A model generated the notes under the pieces. That model was not told the origin of the DNA. It did no database searches and worked only from the letters and a program-made list of their open reading frames with translations. Source: a virus. From it: a stretch of DNA of 64,000 nt. Every line of letters starts with the position of its first letter. Position 1 is the first letter of the stretch. This document shows, piece after piece, positions 1-10,302 of the stretch. The DNA is taken from positions 63,874-127,873 of IMG/VR virus record IMGVR_UViG_3300027608_000016. The stretch is one strand, 5' to 3'. The translations under genes and the position numbers were made by a program.

Positions 1-854
1 CCTTTAGTTTTCGCCAATTCCACCAAAGCATCATAAATTATTCTGGTTTTTTCATCTGCTTCTTCCTCTGAATACCATTTAATTTCGTCTGGTATTTTAA
101 CAGCTTTTCCGGGAATCTCTTCAGTTTGGCTTATGTCGAAAATTGGCCTTAATTTAAATCTAGTAGTTCTTAAATCTTTAATATTTTGAGGCTGAGAAGA
201 TGATGCTTCTGGTTCTTCTTCTTCATCTTTCTTCTTTCCAATAGGAACATATATGTAAATACCTTTTTCGCCAGCTTTAATTTTTCTCCCCAATTCTTTT
301 TCCCATTTTCTCGCACCTTTAACCAAGGTCGCATTTTTATTTTGTATGAAAATCAAAATAGAATTATATAAAGAATATTTGTGGAATCTCTTCTTAAAAT
401 TTAAGAAATCTAAAACTTCTTTAGATTGTGCAGTAGATGTTACTTTATTTTTCAATTCATCTATGAACATGCTTATCCTGTCACTAAACCCTATATCGCC
501 ATATTCTTCCAACTCTTCAGCAGAATCTATTATGTCTTCTAAACCGTTTATTGTGTTTATAGCCTGTTTATATTTTGAAACGTTTAAATTAAAATCGTTC
601 AAGTTAAATGTCTTTTTAGAAATCCATTTTCTAATATTTGCTTTGTCGAAAATAAACAGGCCGGAATTTCTTATGAGGTCTAGATTTCGGAAAGTTTCAT
701 TTTGCCCCTTTGTGATGTCGGGATTGTCACTTGTCACTACGAAAACAAATTCATCATCACTAAGAGTTTTCTTTTTTAATATTAAATTTTCCCCTAGAAG
801 CTCTTCGATATTTGTGAATACTCTTCCAAAAAGTATAGAATCAAATTTATTCAT
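1..854 (-). CDS. ArdC-like ssDNA-binding/antirestriction domain protein (partial, runs off window start), with N-terminal leader
   Basis: Manual minus-strand translation from ATG at 854: MNKFDSILFGRVFTNIEE...FHKYSLYNSILIFIQNKNATLVKGARKWEKELGRKIKAGEKGIYIYVP...FDISQTE. This is the YSxxNxxLI..Q / W..LGR.IK.GEKG / FDISQT pattern of the ArdC N-terminal domain. Absent from the ORF track because no stop lies inside the window. Confidence 0.75.
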   Translation of the reverse strand, partial: MNKFDSILFGRVFTNIEELLGENLILKKKTLSDDEFVFVVTSDNPDITKGQNETFRNLDLIRNSGLFIFDKANIRKWISKKTFNLNDFNLNVSKYKQAINTINGLEDIIDSAEELEEYGDIGFSDRISMFIDELKNKVTSTAQSKEVLDFLNFKKRFHKYSLYNSILIFIQNKNATLVKGARKWEKELGRKIKAGEKGIYIYVPIGKKKDEEEEPEASSSQPQNIKDLRTTRFKLRPIFDISQTEEIPGKAVKIPDEIKWYSEEEADEKTRIIYDALVELAKTK

Positions 855-858
855 ATAT

Positions 859-1668
859 TTAAGCTCTCATGTCTTGTTTTCCGTCAGCGTGAAATTCAAT
901 CATATCGCCGCTAACTTTTATCCCTGCTATCTTGTTCAAGTCCAAATCGTATGATGTTAATCCTCCACGAAGAGAATCCTTTAAAGCGAAATTGATTTCC
1001 TTTTTGGCTTTTGCTAGATATGCCTTATCACCACCTCTAGGACTTCCATCATTATTTACAGATAATTTAAAAGGAGGTAATTCTTTAGGTTTTTCTTGTC
1101 CGTCTGCAACCACTTCGGCTTTTCCTGTTACTTGACCTAATATGTTCAAACATTTTTTTTCAGTGTTATATCTTATTCCTTTTCCCAAAGACACATAAAC
1201 ATTGGTTCCACCATCTTCTGGAACGAATGGTTTTGACAAACTTACTATCATTTCTTCTTTAGCTTTTCTTTGCCAATCGTCTTTAGGTTCATATCCCTCG
1301 ATAACTGTTTTATTATGGGCCTTAATGTTAGAATAGCTTATGCCTAAATTAACCTTATAAATTTTAGTTGGGCCATTTGCGGGTGCTCCTTTTTTAACAT
1401 CAGCAGTTCCATTGGTTTTATACATGAATGATGTAAATTTAGCACCTTTAGCTAAAGCTTTGTTCAAAGTGTTCAAAAGGTTTTTATTTTCTTCTGATAA
1501 CTCTGGAAATTTGGAAACAGTGTCTTCTGCTGGCTCTGGTTCCTTAACTTCCTTGGCTTTTTCTTCTTTCCATGCATCATTTTGTGCGCTTCCTTCTACC
1601 CTTTCTCTCTGTTCACCCCATTCATCAGCTTCGTTAATTATACTTTTATAAAGATCGTCGAATTTCAT
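859..1668 (-). CDS. Hypothetical phage protein with MKFDDL leader; paralog of 45511..46059
   Basis: Starts MKFDDLYKSIINE; TAAATA 8 nt upstream. C-terminal region shares GAKFTSFMYKTNGT, LGKGIR and IAGIKVSGDMIE with GARFMSFLYTTKGT, IGKGLK and ISGIKVNGDLIE of 45511..46059. Confidence 0.8.
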   Translation of the reverse strand: MKFDDLYKSIINEADEWGEQRERVEGSAQNDAWKEEKAKEVKEPEPAEDTVSKFPELSEENKNLLNTLNKALAKGAKFTSFMYKTNGTADVKKGAPANGPTKIYKVNLGISYSNIKAHNKTVIEGYEPKDDWQRKAKEEMIVSLSKPFVPEDGGTNVYVSLGKGIRYNTEKKCLNILGQVTGKAEVVADGQEKPKELPPFKLSVNNDGSPRGGDKAYLAKAKKEINFALKDSLRGGLTSYDLDLNKIAGIKVSGDMIEFHADGKQDMRA

Positions 1669-1691
1669 ATTTCTTATATTTATCCTTTTTA

Positions 1692-4640
1692 TTACATTTT
1701 CATGCAGCTTAAAATCTCTTCTGTAACATTTAAATTAGAAACATATAAATATCTACTAAAACTCTCGGCTAAGTCAGCAACTTCAAACTTGGTTCCTATT
1801 TCTGTTGATATTCGTTCTGCCGTTTCTTGTTTTAACTTGATTATTTCCTTTTGTGCAGCCACTATTTTATTTAATGCCTCTGAATTATCGACGTTTACTT
1901 CATTATTGTAAATGTCTCTATATTGCTGTATAATCTTTGCAAGTTTCATCTTTTTTTCCACTTTTTCATATAATTCTGAATCAAATCCAGAATCTAAGGT
2001 ATATATTATTTTAACATCGTGATTTGTGTTAATACGGTAAATTCTCCCCTCACTCTGTTCTATAGATTCAGGTGTCCAATCATAGTCATTTACTATCATA
2101 GATTTGAAGGTATTAGCGAAAGATATTCCAGTTCCTCCCATTTCAAGACTCATAACTAAAACTTTGACATTAGGATTTATAGATTCAGACTTAACAGCCA
2201 AGCGTTTACTTTTGGATGTGCTTGATAGATATGATAAAACTTTCCAATCTTTGTTGATCTTACTCAACTCGTTTTGCAACTTTTCAACTAAATCCTGTCC
2301 AGATTTTTTAAACGCTGAAAATATTAATATTTTACTGGCGGCGTAATTATTTTCAGAATCATGCTGATTTTTTGTTATTATTTCTATAGCATTTTTAACT
2401 GTGGCATCAACCTTATATATCGCAATTAGTTCTCTCTTTGCCATCAATTGAGATACTGCCAAATTCTCGTTTTTGAATTTTTTAATTTTAGCTAGATATT
2501 CATTCCTGAAATTTTCAGCTTTTGGTGATATTAAATCGCCAACCGATTTAGAAATTATCAAATCGGGCATTTTCTCTCCTCTAGCTGCTCTCATTGCATC
2601 CTTAGTGTGTCTGATATAAACCCCAAATAAATTAAGCCATTTGTTCAAACTTTCGGCAGCTTTCAATCTTTCTTCGAAGTTCGGATTTTCTTCATATGAA
2701 TTATCGTAACCAGAAGGAATCATTGCCTGAAAATCTTGCTTAAATTTTCCTACGGTTATTTTACCCAAAGGGTGATCCAACATCAATAGCTGATTTTTAA
2801 CATCTAATGGCTTATTAGCTGAAATTGTTGCAGTTGCCCCCCATTTAATAGGTATAGTTTTAGCAACTTCTGATATATTTATACACTTCTTCGGGGATGT
2901 CTCTTTAGTTTTATCACTGCTACCTTTAACCTGATGTAATTCATCTAATATTAAAATGCCCGCACCACAATTTTTAAGTTTTTCCACTATGGTTTTTTGA
3001 ACTTCACCCTTAGAGAAATTGTCATAATAGAAAATGTTCCATTTTTTAATATTGTTGATATTAGTGGATATATTATCTCTTTCGTCTTCTCCCATGACAT
3101 TAATGATTTCATCTTCGAATTGTTTCTGAACCGATTTAAGAGTTACTATTATTGTTGGGTTATGGGTTTCATTCATTTTTAATGCAGCGGCATATATTAA
3201 CTGCATTGTTTTACCTCCACCAGTTTCAGAACCTAAAATTGCATATTTCCTGTCGTATAAAAACTTTATTCCATCATATTGTAAACCGTATAATTCAAAT
3301 ATGCTGTTTTTAAATTCTTCGTCTATTGCTGTTTTAATATCTTCTTTCGTTTTTAATATATGTTTTCTAGGTGCTATAACATCAGATTTTACCATATCAT
3401 CGAAAAATTTTCTATAGTTTGATGTGTTATATCCATCACGTTTAAGAAGAGTTCCAAATATGTGATATTGATCATAATCTCCAGAAACTATATATGACAT
3501 TGGAACGGTTTCCCAATCCATATCGGGAAATGTATACTTTATTAGCTTTTTTAGATTTATTTTATCCTTTTGGAAATTGTTGAATCTTGACCAATCTATC
3601 CTTATTAAAGTTTTCCCGTTTCCGTAAACTTCAAACATTAAGCTGTTTTCAATTCCTTTTCCGTTAGAAGCTACTATAGGTAATGAGGAGAAAAAATCTT
3701 CTAATGCTGTAACATCCAGCATTTTTTCCAGATGTGGTTTTATTATGTCATAATCTTCTTTTCTGGTGCTTAACAGGTAATCACTGCTTCCGCCATATGC
3801 TAATATTTTAGGAACTATATTGGGAATAGCTTTCAATCCGAAATAGAATCCTTTAGATTTATAACTGTCTTCTCCTAATGTTATTCGCAATTTTTCCCCG
3901 AAGTTCGTTTGTTCTTTTTTGACTATTTTAATTATTGGTTTTCCATTCTCTTGTGGTGTTTTCGCGTTTTCCTGTGCCCCTGAATCATCCACTACTTCAA
4001 AATCTGGAAATATCTCAGACAAAATTTTAGGTAATAATATAGAGTCTATAAAATACGTATTTGTGTTGGCTTTATCGGCTGATAATTTTTTATATCTAGG
4101 GTATAGATAATTGCCGTAAGTATCTGGTGATTTTACTGCACCCTCTTGTGCTAGTGCTGCGTCTAATATTCTATTAAGTTTTATTAGACGAGGTTTTGTT
4201 CCAATGGGTATATAAACAGAAATCTTACCATAAGGGTCTTTTTTGTTTCTATTTATAATTATTTTCGTTCTTTCTTTTCCGCCTACATGTTCCTTGTTTC
4301 TACTCTTGTCTATTGCATCTTCTAAATCGTTGTTTAATTGTTCATAATTAGGCACTTGTGTATTTCTATAATGTCCTAAAACGTTAAGCATTTTTATTGC
4401 TGTTACAACGGAAATTACGTCTGAATTATATTCAGTAGTTGCTATCAATCTCGTATACCAATCCCAATCGCTCTTATTAAACCCTAGATCATTCCATTCT
4501 GTAGGAGCACCTTTAATATACATTTCAGACAACTCGTGTTTTAATGCATTTACAACATCTCCTCCTATCTTACCATCATCTTCTACTAGAAAATATATAG
4601 AGTTGTAGGCACTCATCAACAGGTTTAAATCTTTCGGCAT
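1692..4640 (-). CDS. SNF2/SWI2-family (superfamily 2) helicase/ATPase with long N-terminal extension
   Basis: LYGLQYDG (Q motif), ETGGGKT (Walker A), ILDELH (DExH), ATAT, GGTGISF, DWTPESIEQSEGRIYRI (motifs V/VI). TAAATA 7 nt upstream. Confidence 0.85.
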   Translation of the reverse strand: MPKDLNLLMSAYNSIYFLVEDDGKIGGDVVNALKHELSEMYIKGAPTEWNDLGFNKSDWDWYTRLIATTEYNSDVISVVTAIKMLNVLGHYRNTQVPNYEQLNNDLEDAIDKSRNKEHVGGKERTKIIINRNKKDPYGKISVYIPIGTKPRLIKLNRILDAALAQEGAVKSPDTYGNYLYPRYKKLSADKANTNTYFIDSILLPKILSEIFPDFEVVDDSGAQENAKTPQENGKPIIKIVKKEQTNFGEKLRITLGEDSYKSKGFYFGLKAIPNIVPKILAYGGSSDYLLSTRKEDYDIIKPHLEKMLDVTALEDFFSSLPIVASNGKGIENSLMFEVYGNGKTLIRIDWSRFNNFQKDKINLKKLIKYTFPDMDWETVPMSYIVSGDYDQYHIFGTLLKRDGYNTSNYRKFFDDMVKSDVIAPRKHILKTKEDIKTAIDEEFKNSIFELYGLQYDGIKFLYDRKYAILGSETGGGKTMQLIYAAALKMNETHNPTIIVTLKSVQKQFEDEIINVMGEDERDNISTNINNIKKWNIFYYDNFSKGEVQKTIVEKLKNCGAGILILDELHQVKGSSDKTKETSPKKCINISEVAKTIPIKWGATATISANKPLDVKNQLLMLDHPLGKITVGKFKQDFQAMIPSGYDNSYEENPNFEERLKAAESLNKWLNLFGVYIRHTKDAMRAARGEKMPDLIISKSVGDLISPKAENFRNEYLAKIKKFKNENLAVSQLMAKRELIAIYKVDATVKNAIEIITKNQHDSENNYAASKILIFSAFKKSGQDLVEKLQNELSKINKDWKVLSYLSSTSKSKRLAVKSESINPNVKVLVMSLEMGGTGISFANTFKSMIVNDYDWTPESIEQSEGRIYRINTNHDVKIIYTLDSGFDSELYEKVEKKMKLAKIIQQYRDIYNNEVNVDNSEALNKIVAAQKEIIKLKQETAERISTEIGTKFEVADLAESFSRYLYVSNLNVTEEILSCMKM

Positions 4641-4668
4641 AATATATTATTTAACCGAAAGGTTGATA

Positions 4669-5409
4669 TTAACTGTTTTCGACTGTTATAGGTAAGTTTC
4701 TGGCTTCTTCGTGCATAATTCCAAAAATATTGAAAACTATTGCAGCCAAATGGTCAGAATCTTTCTCTAAATCTCCACCCTCGTATTTATTAATCATATA
4801 TTTTGATATATGTCTCATTAAAGACCTCTCATAAGAATCTATAGATATACCCTTTTTGAAGTTTCCTGAACCGTATTGTTTCTTTTTGCTAGTCATATAT
4901 TCAGCATATCGTTTAAATGCCGTCCAGCTAATAGTTTCAGTATAATCTTCCTTACCTTCTTCCGAATCTCTAATTGCACCAGTTGAATATTGTCTAATCT
5001 CCTGTTTCGGTTTCTGATCTGGTTCTGTTTTAATAATCGCTTCTGCTGACGGAGGGTTAATATATACTGTAGCCCAAGAAGTTCTATCGTCATTTTCAAC
5101 AAATTCACATACTGGTATTCCACAATTTTTTGCTACAACTACCTCTAAATTGGCACCTTTAGATTTTTCCCACCCTCTCAATAAAACTACAAAATCGCTA
5201 TTCATCACTTCTGGTAAATCTATTTTCATGTAATGCAAAAACGGTTTTTGGGGGTCTGTGCTAGGGTTAAAACCGTCAGATAAATCCTTTTCAGCAGGAC
5301 TAAACACTGAATAACCAGCCTCTCTTAATATTTTAGTAACCCTGTTAAATTCTTCAAAGTTGTATAACGGTAATCCCGACATTGGGCCAGCTAGATATAT
5401 ATGCTTCAT
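4669..5409 (-). CDS. Fusion of DUF4406/nucleoside deoxyribosyltransferase-like domain and dATP/dGTP diphosphohydrolase-like (DUF5664-type) domain
   Basis: N-term IYLAGPMSG...FSPAE...LLRGWEKSKGANLE; C-term GAIRD...KQYGSGNFKKG...SLMRH...DHLAAIVFN. Start chosen at MKHIYL. Confidence 0.7.
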   Translation of the reverse strand: MKHIYLAGPMSGLPLYNFEEFNRVTKILREAGYSVFSPAEKDLSDGFNPSTDPQKPFLHYMKIDLPEVMNSDFVVLLRGWEKSKGANLEVVVAKNCGIPVCEFVENDDRTSWATVYINPPSAEAIIKTEPDQKPKQEIRQYSTGAIRDSEEGKEDYTETISWTAFKRYAEYMTSKKKQYGSGNFKKGISIDSYERSLMRHISKYMINKYEGGDLEKDSDHLAAIVFNIFGIMHEEARNLPITVENS

Positions 5410-5448
5410 TGTCGAATTATAACATATGAAAGACAAATATCAAGCAGA

Positions 5449-5922
5449 TCAAACAGTGAAATTATATCCTTGTTTAGTTTTATATATGACATCCACTAAA
5501 GGAATTTTTTGACCGAAAGATTTACTAATTTTTTGAGCCATTTTCTGAAATTTGCTTCCATGTCCCTCATCGAAGTTTTTAGTGACCATGAAATATACAT
5601 GTATCATCTCATGTATCAATATCTTATCTATTGATTTCTCTGAACGCTTTAAAGTGTTGGATATCTGTATTTTTAAAGAGTTTGGTGATATTCTAGAATA
5701 CTGATATTTAGATGTCCCAAATCCAGTTTTGAATTTTGGGGTTATTATCTTACATGTGGCTAATCCTCCAACGCCTTTTAAGTTGGCCCAAACAACAGGA
5801 ATTTTAGGCAACATGTTTTTAAAATATTTTGCGTTGAAAGTGTTATATTTACTTTTTAGATTATATCTAGAAAACGATATGTAATTCTTAGATACTTTGT
5901 TATATAGATCATCAAATTTCAT
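5449..5922 (-). CDS. SprT-like zinc metalloprotease with MKFDDL leader
   Basis: ILIHEMIHVY...GHGSKF (HExxH plus downstream His) and FNAKYF..LP; tandem paralog of the next gene. Confidence 0.8.
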   Translation of the reverse strand: MKFDDLYNKVSKNYISFSRYNLKSKYNTFNAKYFKNMLPKIPVVWANLKGVGGLATCKIITPKFKTGFGTSKYQYSRISPNSLKIQISNTLKRSEKSIDKILIHEMIHVYFMVTKNFDEGHGSKFQKMAQKISKSFGQKIPLVDVIYKTKQGYNFTV

Positions 5923-6727
5923 GTCGTTTATGAGTTTTTAATAGTTCTCCCTTTTCTTTCAAATCTATGAAGAGGTTTGAAACTGATACTACAGTGTTAG
6001 AGTCATCCATTTTATATAATTTCATCTTCCCTCTTCTTATGGAATCTGATGTCAATCTTTGTATTGGAAATATTAAGCTTACAGTGTGCCAATTTTTAGA
6101 TTTTATCGTATATGCATCTATTTTAGTCATATCCAATCTATAACTATATATCTTCAAAGATTCTAGGAATTCCGCAGACTGTAGAAGTTTATGAGACACT
6201 AATGCAAATGATTGAGTCCCATTTGTTTTAGATAGTATTATCACTCCTACTGGTTTTATAATACTATCATCTACCAAATCCACGTTTGTCATTTCATCCG
6301 TCAATGGTATAGAGAACCCTACCATTTTAGATAGTTTGTTGACCATTTCAACAAATTTGTATCCATGATTTACATCAAACATGTGTTTAGATATAAAGTA
6401 TGCATGAATCATTTCATGAATTATGATTCCATTTAAATCATCCTCAGACCTTTTCAATATGTTAGAAATTTTAATCTCTAGCGAACCTTCTATTAATGTT
6501 ACGCCATGATATCTATTATATCCACCTCTACCATTAGAAGGTTTTTTCACTTTAGCCACCGTTATTCCCCCAACACCTTTCAGTTTTGCCCAATATACAG
6601 GTATTTTAGGTATTTCTCCATTGAAAAGTGTAGTGTTATAATGATCGAACTTTTTCCCTAGATCATAATCAGAGAAATTTATAGTGCTTTCGTTTAAGAC
6701 TGTGTTTATTAAAGCATTTATATTCAT
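5912..6727 (-). CDS. SprT-like zinc metalloprotease with leader
   Basis: IIIHEMIHAY...NHGYKF; leader MNINALINTVLNE; TAAATA 8 nt upstream. Confidence 0.8.
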   Translation of the reverse strand: MNINALINTVLNESTINFSDYDLGKKFDHYNTTLFNGEIPKIPVYWAKLKGVGGITVAKVKKPSNGRGGYNRYHGVTLIEGSLEIKISNILKRSEDDLNGIIIHEMIHAYFISKHMFDVNHGYKFVEMVNKLSKMVGFSIPLTDEMTNVDLVDDSIIKPVGVIILSKTNGTQSFALVSHKLLQSAEFLESLKIYSYRLDMTKIDAYTIKSKNWHTVSLIFPIQRLTSDSIRRGKMKLYKMDDSNTVVSVSNLFIDLKEKGELLKTHKRHEI

Positions 6728-6760
6728 GCTTTAAGTATTTAACTTGGATATATCAATATA

Positions 6761-7036
6761 TTACACCAAACCGTAATCAAACCCCACTTTTATATATCCT
6801 ACTTTAGTTGGCATATAGAAATCGTATTGGGTTTCTCCCTCTTTAGCAGCCTCGAATTTGTTACAAGACTCTACATTTTCGTCCATGCAGAACCTCAAAT
6901 TTCTAGAGTTTTCGTATTCATCAGAGAGAAACGTTTTACCTAAGTGGAATAAACACGATTCTTGTTGAAATGGAACATCTGGTAGATAATTGTTCCAAAT
7001 TTCGTTCCATTGTTTTACATATGTTTCCTCATTCAT
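6761..7036 (-). CDS. Hypothetical protein
   Basis: ORF in a co-oriented run. Confidence 0.6.
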   Translation of the reverse strand: MNEETYVKQWNEIWNNYLPDVPFQQESCLFHLGKTFLSDEYENSRNLRFCMDENVESCNKFEAAKEGETQYDFYMPTKVGYIKVGFDYGLV

Positions 7037-7040
7037 ATTT

Positions 7041-7319
7041 TTATAGTTGTGCGTTTTTCTTTATATCATCAAACAATCTTTGTTTATTTTCAGGGGATAT
7101 GTTTTTACATTCCCATTCACCTAAACTGAAAAATACGTCTATTAAACTGGATAGTGTTTTAAATTTATCTTGCCAATGTGTATGAGATTTAAACACTGTA
7201 GAAATAGCCTCTAGAACATAATGAGGGTTTGCTTCTGGATGAACGATTCCACTGTTAACCAATCCAGTTCGAATTGTGTCATAAATCTCGGCTTTTCTCT
7301 CAGGAGTAGGTAAGTGCAT
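7041..7319 (-). CDS. Hypothetical protein
   Basis: ORF with TAAATA 7 nt upstream of ATG. Confidence 0.6.
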   Translation of the reverse strand: MHLPTPERKAEIYDTIRTGLVNSGIVHPEANPHYVLEAISTVFKSHTHWQDKFKTLSSLIDVFFSLGEWECKNISPENKQRLFDDIKKNAQL

Positions 7320-7338
7320 AATGTCTTATTTAATAGGA

Positions 7339-7839
7339 CTATTGAGGTAAATCAAGTTTAATTGGATGTGGTTCCCCTAAATGATATACATCCAGAGGTA
7401 TATCCTTACCTTCTTTAGAGTATTGCATCACTAAAATTTTATAATTCATTTGAAGTGTGATCATTCTCAAAACAGAGTTCAAATATTGAGGGATATATGT
7501 AATCAAATCTTTACTGGCTTCTGGTGTATAAGGTGGGCCATAATGAAATGCTTGATATTGTATTGCGCCTATTTCTCCTTCAGGCCAAACAGTCAAAGCG
7601 TATTTAATTTTATGTTTATCTAAAAGTGGTAAAATGACTTCTTCTAAAGCCTTGTATTTATCTTGTATTTCTTTTGGTAACTTAGCTATATGTTCCTTTC
7701 TAAGTCTGTCAACTGTTGTTTGCACCGCTTCAAAATGTTCTAAGTTTTTAGGTGAATTCTTGGCTAATTTATGAGAGTCAAATTCTTGAAATTCGCTCTT
7801 TTTGGATTTTGTCTTTTTATTGGTTGTTTTCTTTTTCAT
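7339..7839 (-). CDS. Hypothetical protein with Lys-rich N-terminus
   Basis: ORF; start chosen at MKKKTT. Confidence 0.6.
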   Translation of the reverse strand: MKKKTTNKKTKSKKSEFQEFDSHKLAKNSPKNLEHFEAVQTTVDRLRKEHIAKLPKEIQDKYKALEEVILPLLDKHKIKYALTVWPEGEIGAIQYQAFHYGPPYTPEASKDLITYIPQYLNSVLRMITLQMNYKILVMQYSKEGKDIPLDVYHLGEPHPIKLDLPQ

Positions 7840-8001
7840 ATTTTTGTATAACATGTTTCACATATAGTTTGTTCCACTAAAAGTTGCTGGTCATCATTTA
7901 AACATTCCATTCCGTAATAATCAACGAGATCACAAAGTTCATTATATAAATCTTGATCTGGTGTATATATTTCCAAATTACATATTTTACAGTTTTTCAT
8001 A

Positions 8002-8580
8002 TCAATTCCTTAAATCTATTCTGTCCCAATCATCCATTCTGGCACTGATACCATCACATAAATGCAACAACCAAGACACTTTAGATTTGGGTGATACTGG
8101 ACTTCCCAATTCCCTTCTGCCGTGATGTGCCAAAATAGCATGTAATACTGAATCGTGATATTTAAGACACATCTCTGGATAAAAACTTACGTTATTACTC
8201 CAATATATACCAGAACGTGAGATATGATGTATCAATCTTTTATGATCGGTAGATGTCCATTCTGAATAATCAGTTCCATCTACTGGTTCGTAATCATAAA
8301 TCTTTCCGATATCATGAAACAAACATGAGAAGAATAATTCTGCATTGTCTATGTCGGATATTCCTAATGTTTCTTTACTGTTAAAAGCGAGTAGTAAAAC
8401 TTCGTATGTATGTTTCGCCAATCCGAATTTTCCGTAATGGTGTTTATTGTTAATACAACCAGTCCAGATACAAAATTTATCATTTCGGGTTACTCTCCTA
8501 ACTAGGCGTTTCTCGTCTATTCGAGTTAAATGTTTGTCTGCCAAATCATCTATTTTTTTAATGTAATCTATTTCTTCCAT
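8002..8580 (-). CDS. HD-domain phosphohydrolase, YhaM/Cbf1-like
   Basis: HHYGKFGLAKHT...LFHDIGK...HAILAHHG..ELGSPVSP...LHLCD pattern; sigma70-type promoter upstream. Confidence 0.8.
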   Translation of the reverse strand: MEEIDYIKKIDDLADKHLTRIDEKRLVRRVTRNDKFCIWTGCINNKHHYGKFGLAKHTYEVLLLAFNSKETLGISDIDNAELFFSCLFHDIGKIYDYEPVDGTDYSEWTSTDHKRLIHHISRSGIYWSNNVSFYPEMCLKYHDSVLHAILAHHGRRELGSPVSPKSKVSWLLHLCDGISARMDDWDRIDLRN

Positions 8581-8624
8581 TTGAGTAGAAGAATAATAAC
8601 ATAGAACTTTGGGATGTCAATATG

Positions 8625-8861
8625 TTAAACCCAAGGTATAGTAGAAAGTGATAACATTTCTGTGGCACGTTCTAAAGCATCCTCGTCTGTCCAATTTCCC
8701 GCTTGTTCATATTCTTCCTCTCCATTCCATAAGAATATCTGTTTATTCAATCCTTCAATATATGCTGTTATGGTTTTTCCCTGTTTAGAATCTATTACAG
8801 CCAATACATTAACCGTTTCCAGTTCTATGTATTTTTCAGGTTCCAGTATAATCTTGATCAT
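8625..8861 (-). CDS. Small hypothetical protein, tandem paralog A
   Basis: LWNGEEEYEQAGNWTDEDALERATEMLSL aligns with the next ORF. Confidence 0.75.
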   Translation of the reverse strand: MIKIILEPEKYIELETVNVLAVIDSKQGKTITAYIEGLNKQIFLWNGEEEYEQAGNWTDEDALERATEMLSLSTIPWV

Positions 8862-8865
8862 GAAA

Positions 8866-9099
8866 TTACGCCCAACGGACAGAAGACAGACTTAGTATTT
8901 CTGTGGCTCTGGCAATAACACTTTCATTAGTCCAAACGCCAGCTTCTTCATATTCCTCTGCACCTCTCCATAACAATATTGGCCTTGGCAATCCATTTAT
9001 ACGTGCAGTGATAGATTTACTCAAGAATTCATCCCTTACGGTATTGATTACGATTTCATCTAAAGTTATTATTTCCTGTTCTCTTATTGTTATGTTCAT
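8866..9099 (-). CDS. Small hypothetical protein, tandem paralog B
   Basis: LWRGAEEYEEAGVWTNESVIARATEILSL. Confidence 0.75.
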   Translation of the reverse strand: MNITIREQEIITLDEIVINTVRDEFLSKSITARINGLPRPILLWRGAEEYEEAGVWTNESVIARATEILSLSSVRWA

Positions 9100-9101
9100 A
9101 T

Positions 9102-9458
9102 TTATTCTTTATATGCTATTATTGCACCATATCTCAGTGAAAATTGTGTAAACTGTCCCTTAAACTCAAACTGTTGAGGTAATTCATATGCCGACAAATT
9201 TCCAACTGTCACGTTCGTCCCTGTTAAACCAGTAAATTTACATGCTGATACAACCTTGAACATGGTGAAATTGCCTGTTTGCGTTGCACTTGTATCAACA
9301 AAAACACTACCACTTGAAGGATTTATACCATCAGAATTTACTGAATATACTGCTTGGGCATAAAGAGTTCTAGATGGATTATCAACAGAAACCCAAGAAT
9401 AGTTGAATCCTACATTAGGATTTGGTGGTTGAACAGATAAATTAGGCGTTAAAGTCAT
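9102..9458 (-). CDS. Hypothetical beta-rich protein, possibly virion-associated
   Basis: S/T/G/N-rich; exact TATAAATA 6 nt upstream of ATG. Confidence 0.55.
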   Translation of the reverse strand: MTLTPNLSVQPPNPNVGFNYSWVSVDNPSRTLYAQAVYSVNSDGINPSSGSVFVDTSATQTGNFTMFKVVSACKFTGLTGTNVTVGNLSAYELPQQFEFKGQFTQFSLRYGAIIAYKE

Positions 9459-9475
9459 ATATATTATTTATAAGA

Positions 9476-10261
9476 TTATGCTATTTTTACGCCATTAGGA
9501 TAAATTGGAAAGTTTTCTAGGTTCCAATTATTTTTAGCGATTTCACCTTTTAAGAACTTTGTTCTATATATGGTGTTGTTCAGAATTTTGTTAGAATGAT
9601 TTTGCAACCAGTTATGTCTAGCATTTACATATGCTATAATCCAACTTTTTTCGTCGCCGCCTTTTACTGGTGGGACTTCAGGAAACTTATCCATTAAAAA
9701 TTGTAACATACTACCACTATGAAGTATAGAATCTTGTATAACTGCTAACGATAAAGGTAGTTTAAACCCCTTATCATTAAACCATTTAGCACCTCCAGCC
9801 CAATATACTTCGTCATATACTTCGTCTTGCGCTTTTTTGAACAGTTCGTCATCTTTAGAAGCTTTTATTAAGTTCAGAAAAGTGGTATTATATGGAAGAT
9901 TTTCTTGGCACGAGTATTTTTTATATGATAATAACTGAGAAGCATTTACACCTCCTAACTTTTGATACTGTTCGAACACTTTCCAAAGTGCTCCACCACA
10001 TTCAGTAAATCCCCTTCCTAAAGTAACTTGAACCTTTTTACCGTTGTCTCCATCTCTATATTTAAAAACAGAACTATAATCAGTATTTGCACTACCAGTT
10101 TCGAAACAGTTTAAAATTTTTATTATAGTGTCTTTAAAAGGTTTTTCGTCTTTTTTAATAGGTGATTCTGGCGAAGGAGATGCGGGTTTAACTGGCTCTG
10201 GAGTAGAGTTTTTATCGGATTTGCTAGAAAATAAAGATGCTATATTTTGAAATATGTTCAT
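9476..10261 (-). CDS. Lysozyme-fold glycoside hydrolase (chitosanase/GH46-like), candidate endolysin
   Basis: FETG...Y...DGD...VTLGRGFTE...AQDEVYDEVYW...LSLAVIQDSILHSG...YVNARHNW. Confidence 0.65.
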   Translation of the reverse strand: MNIFQNIASLFSSKSDKNSTPEPVKPASPSPESPIKKDEKPFKDTIIKILNCFETGSANTDYSSVFKYRDGDNGKKVQVTLGRGFTECGGALWKVFEQYQKLGGVNASQLLSYKKYSCQENLPYNTTFLNLIKASKDDELFKKAQDEVYDEVYWAGGAKWFNDKGFKLPLSLAVIQDSILHSGSMLQFLMDKFPEVPPVKGGDEKSWIIAYVNARHNWLQNHSNKILNNTIYRTKFLKGEIAKNNWNLENFPIYPNGVKIA

Positions 10262-10302
10262 AATATTGATAATTACTTAACATATAAGGCGTTAATATTT
10301 CA

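Noticed and set aside
346-954. 202-aa plus-strand ORF from the ORF track
   Set aside because: It is the antisense shadow of the ArdC-like minus-strand gene 1..854. Many other opposite-strand ORFs in the track were dropped for the same reason.
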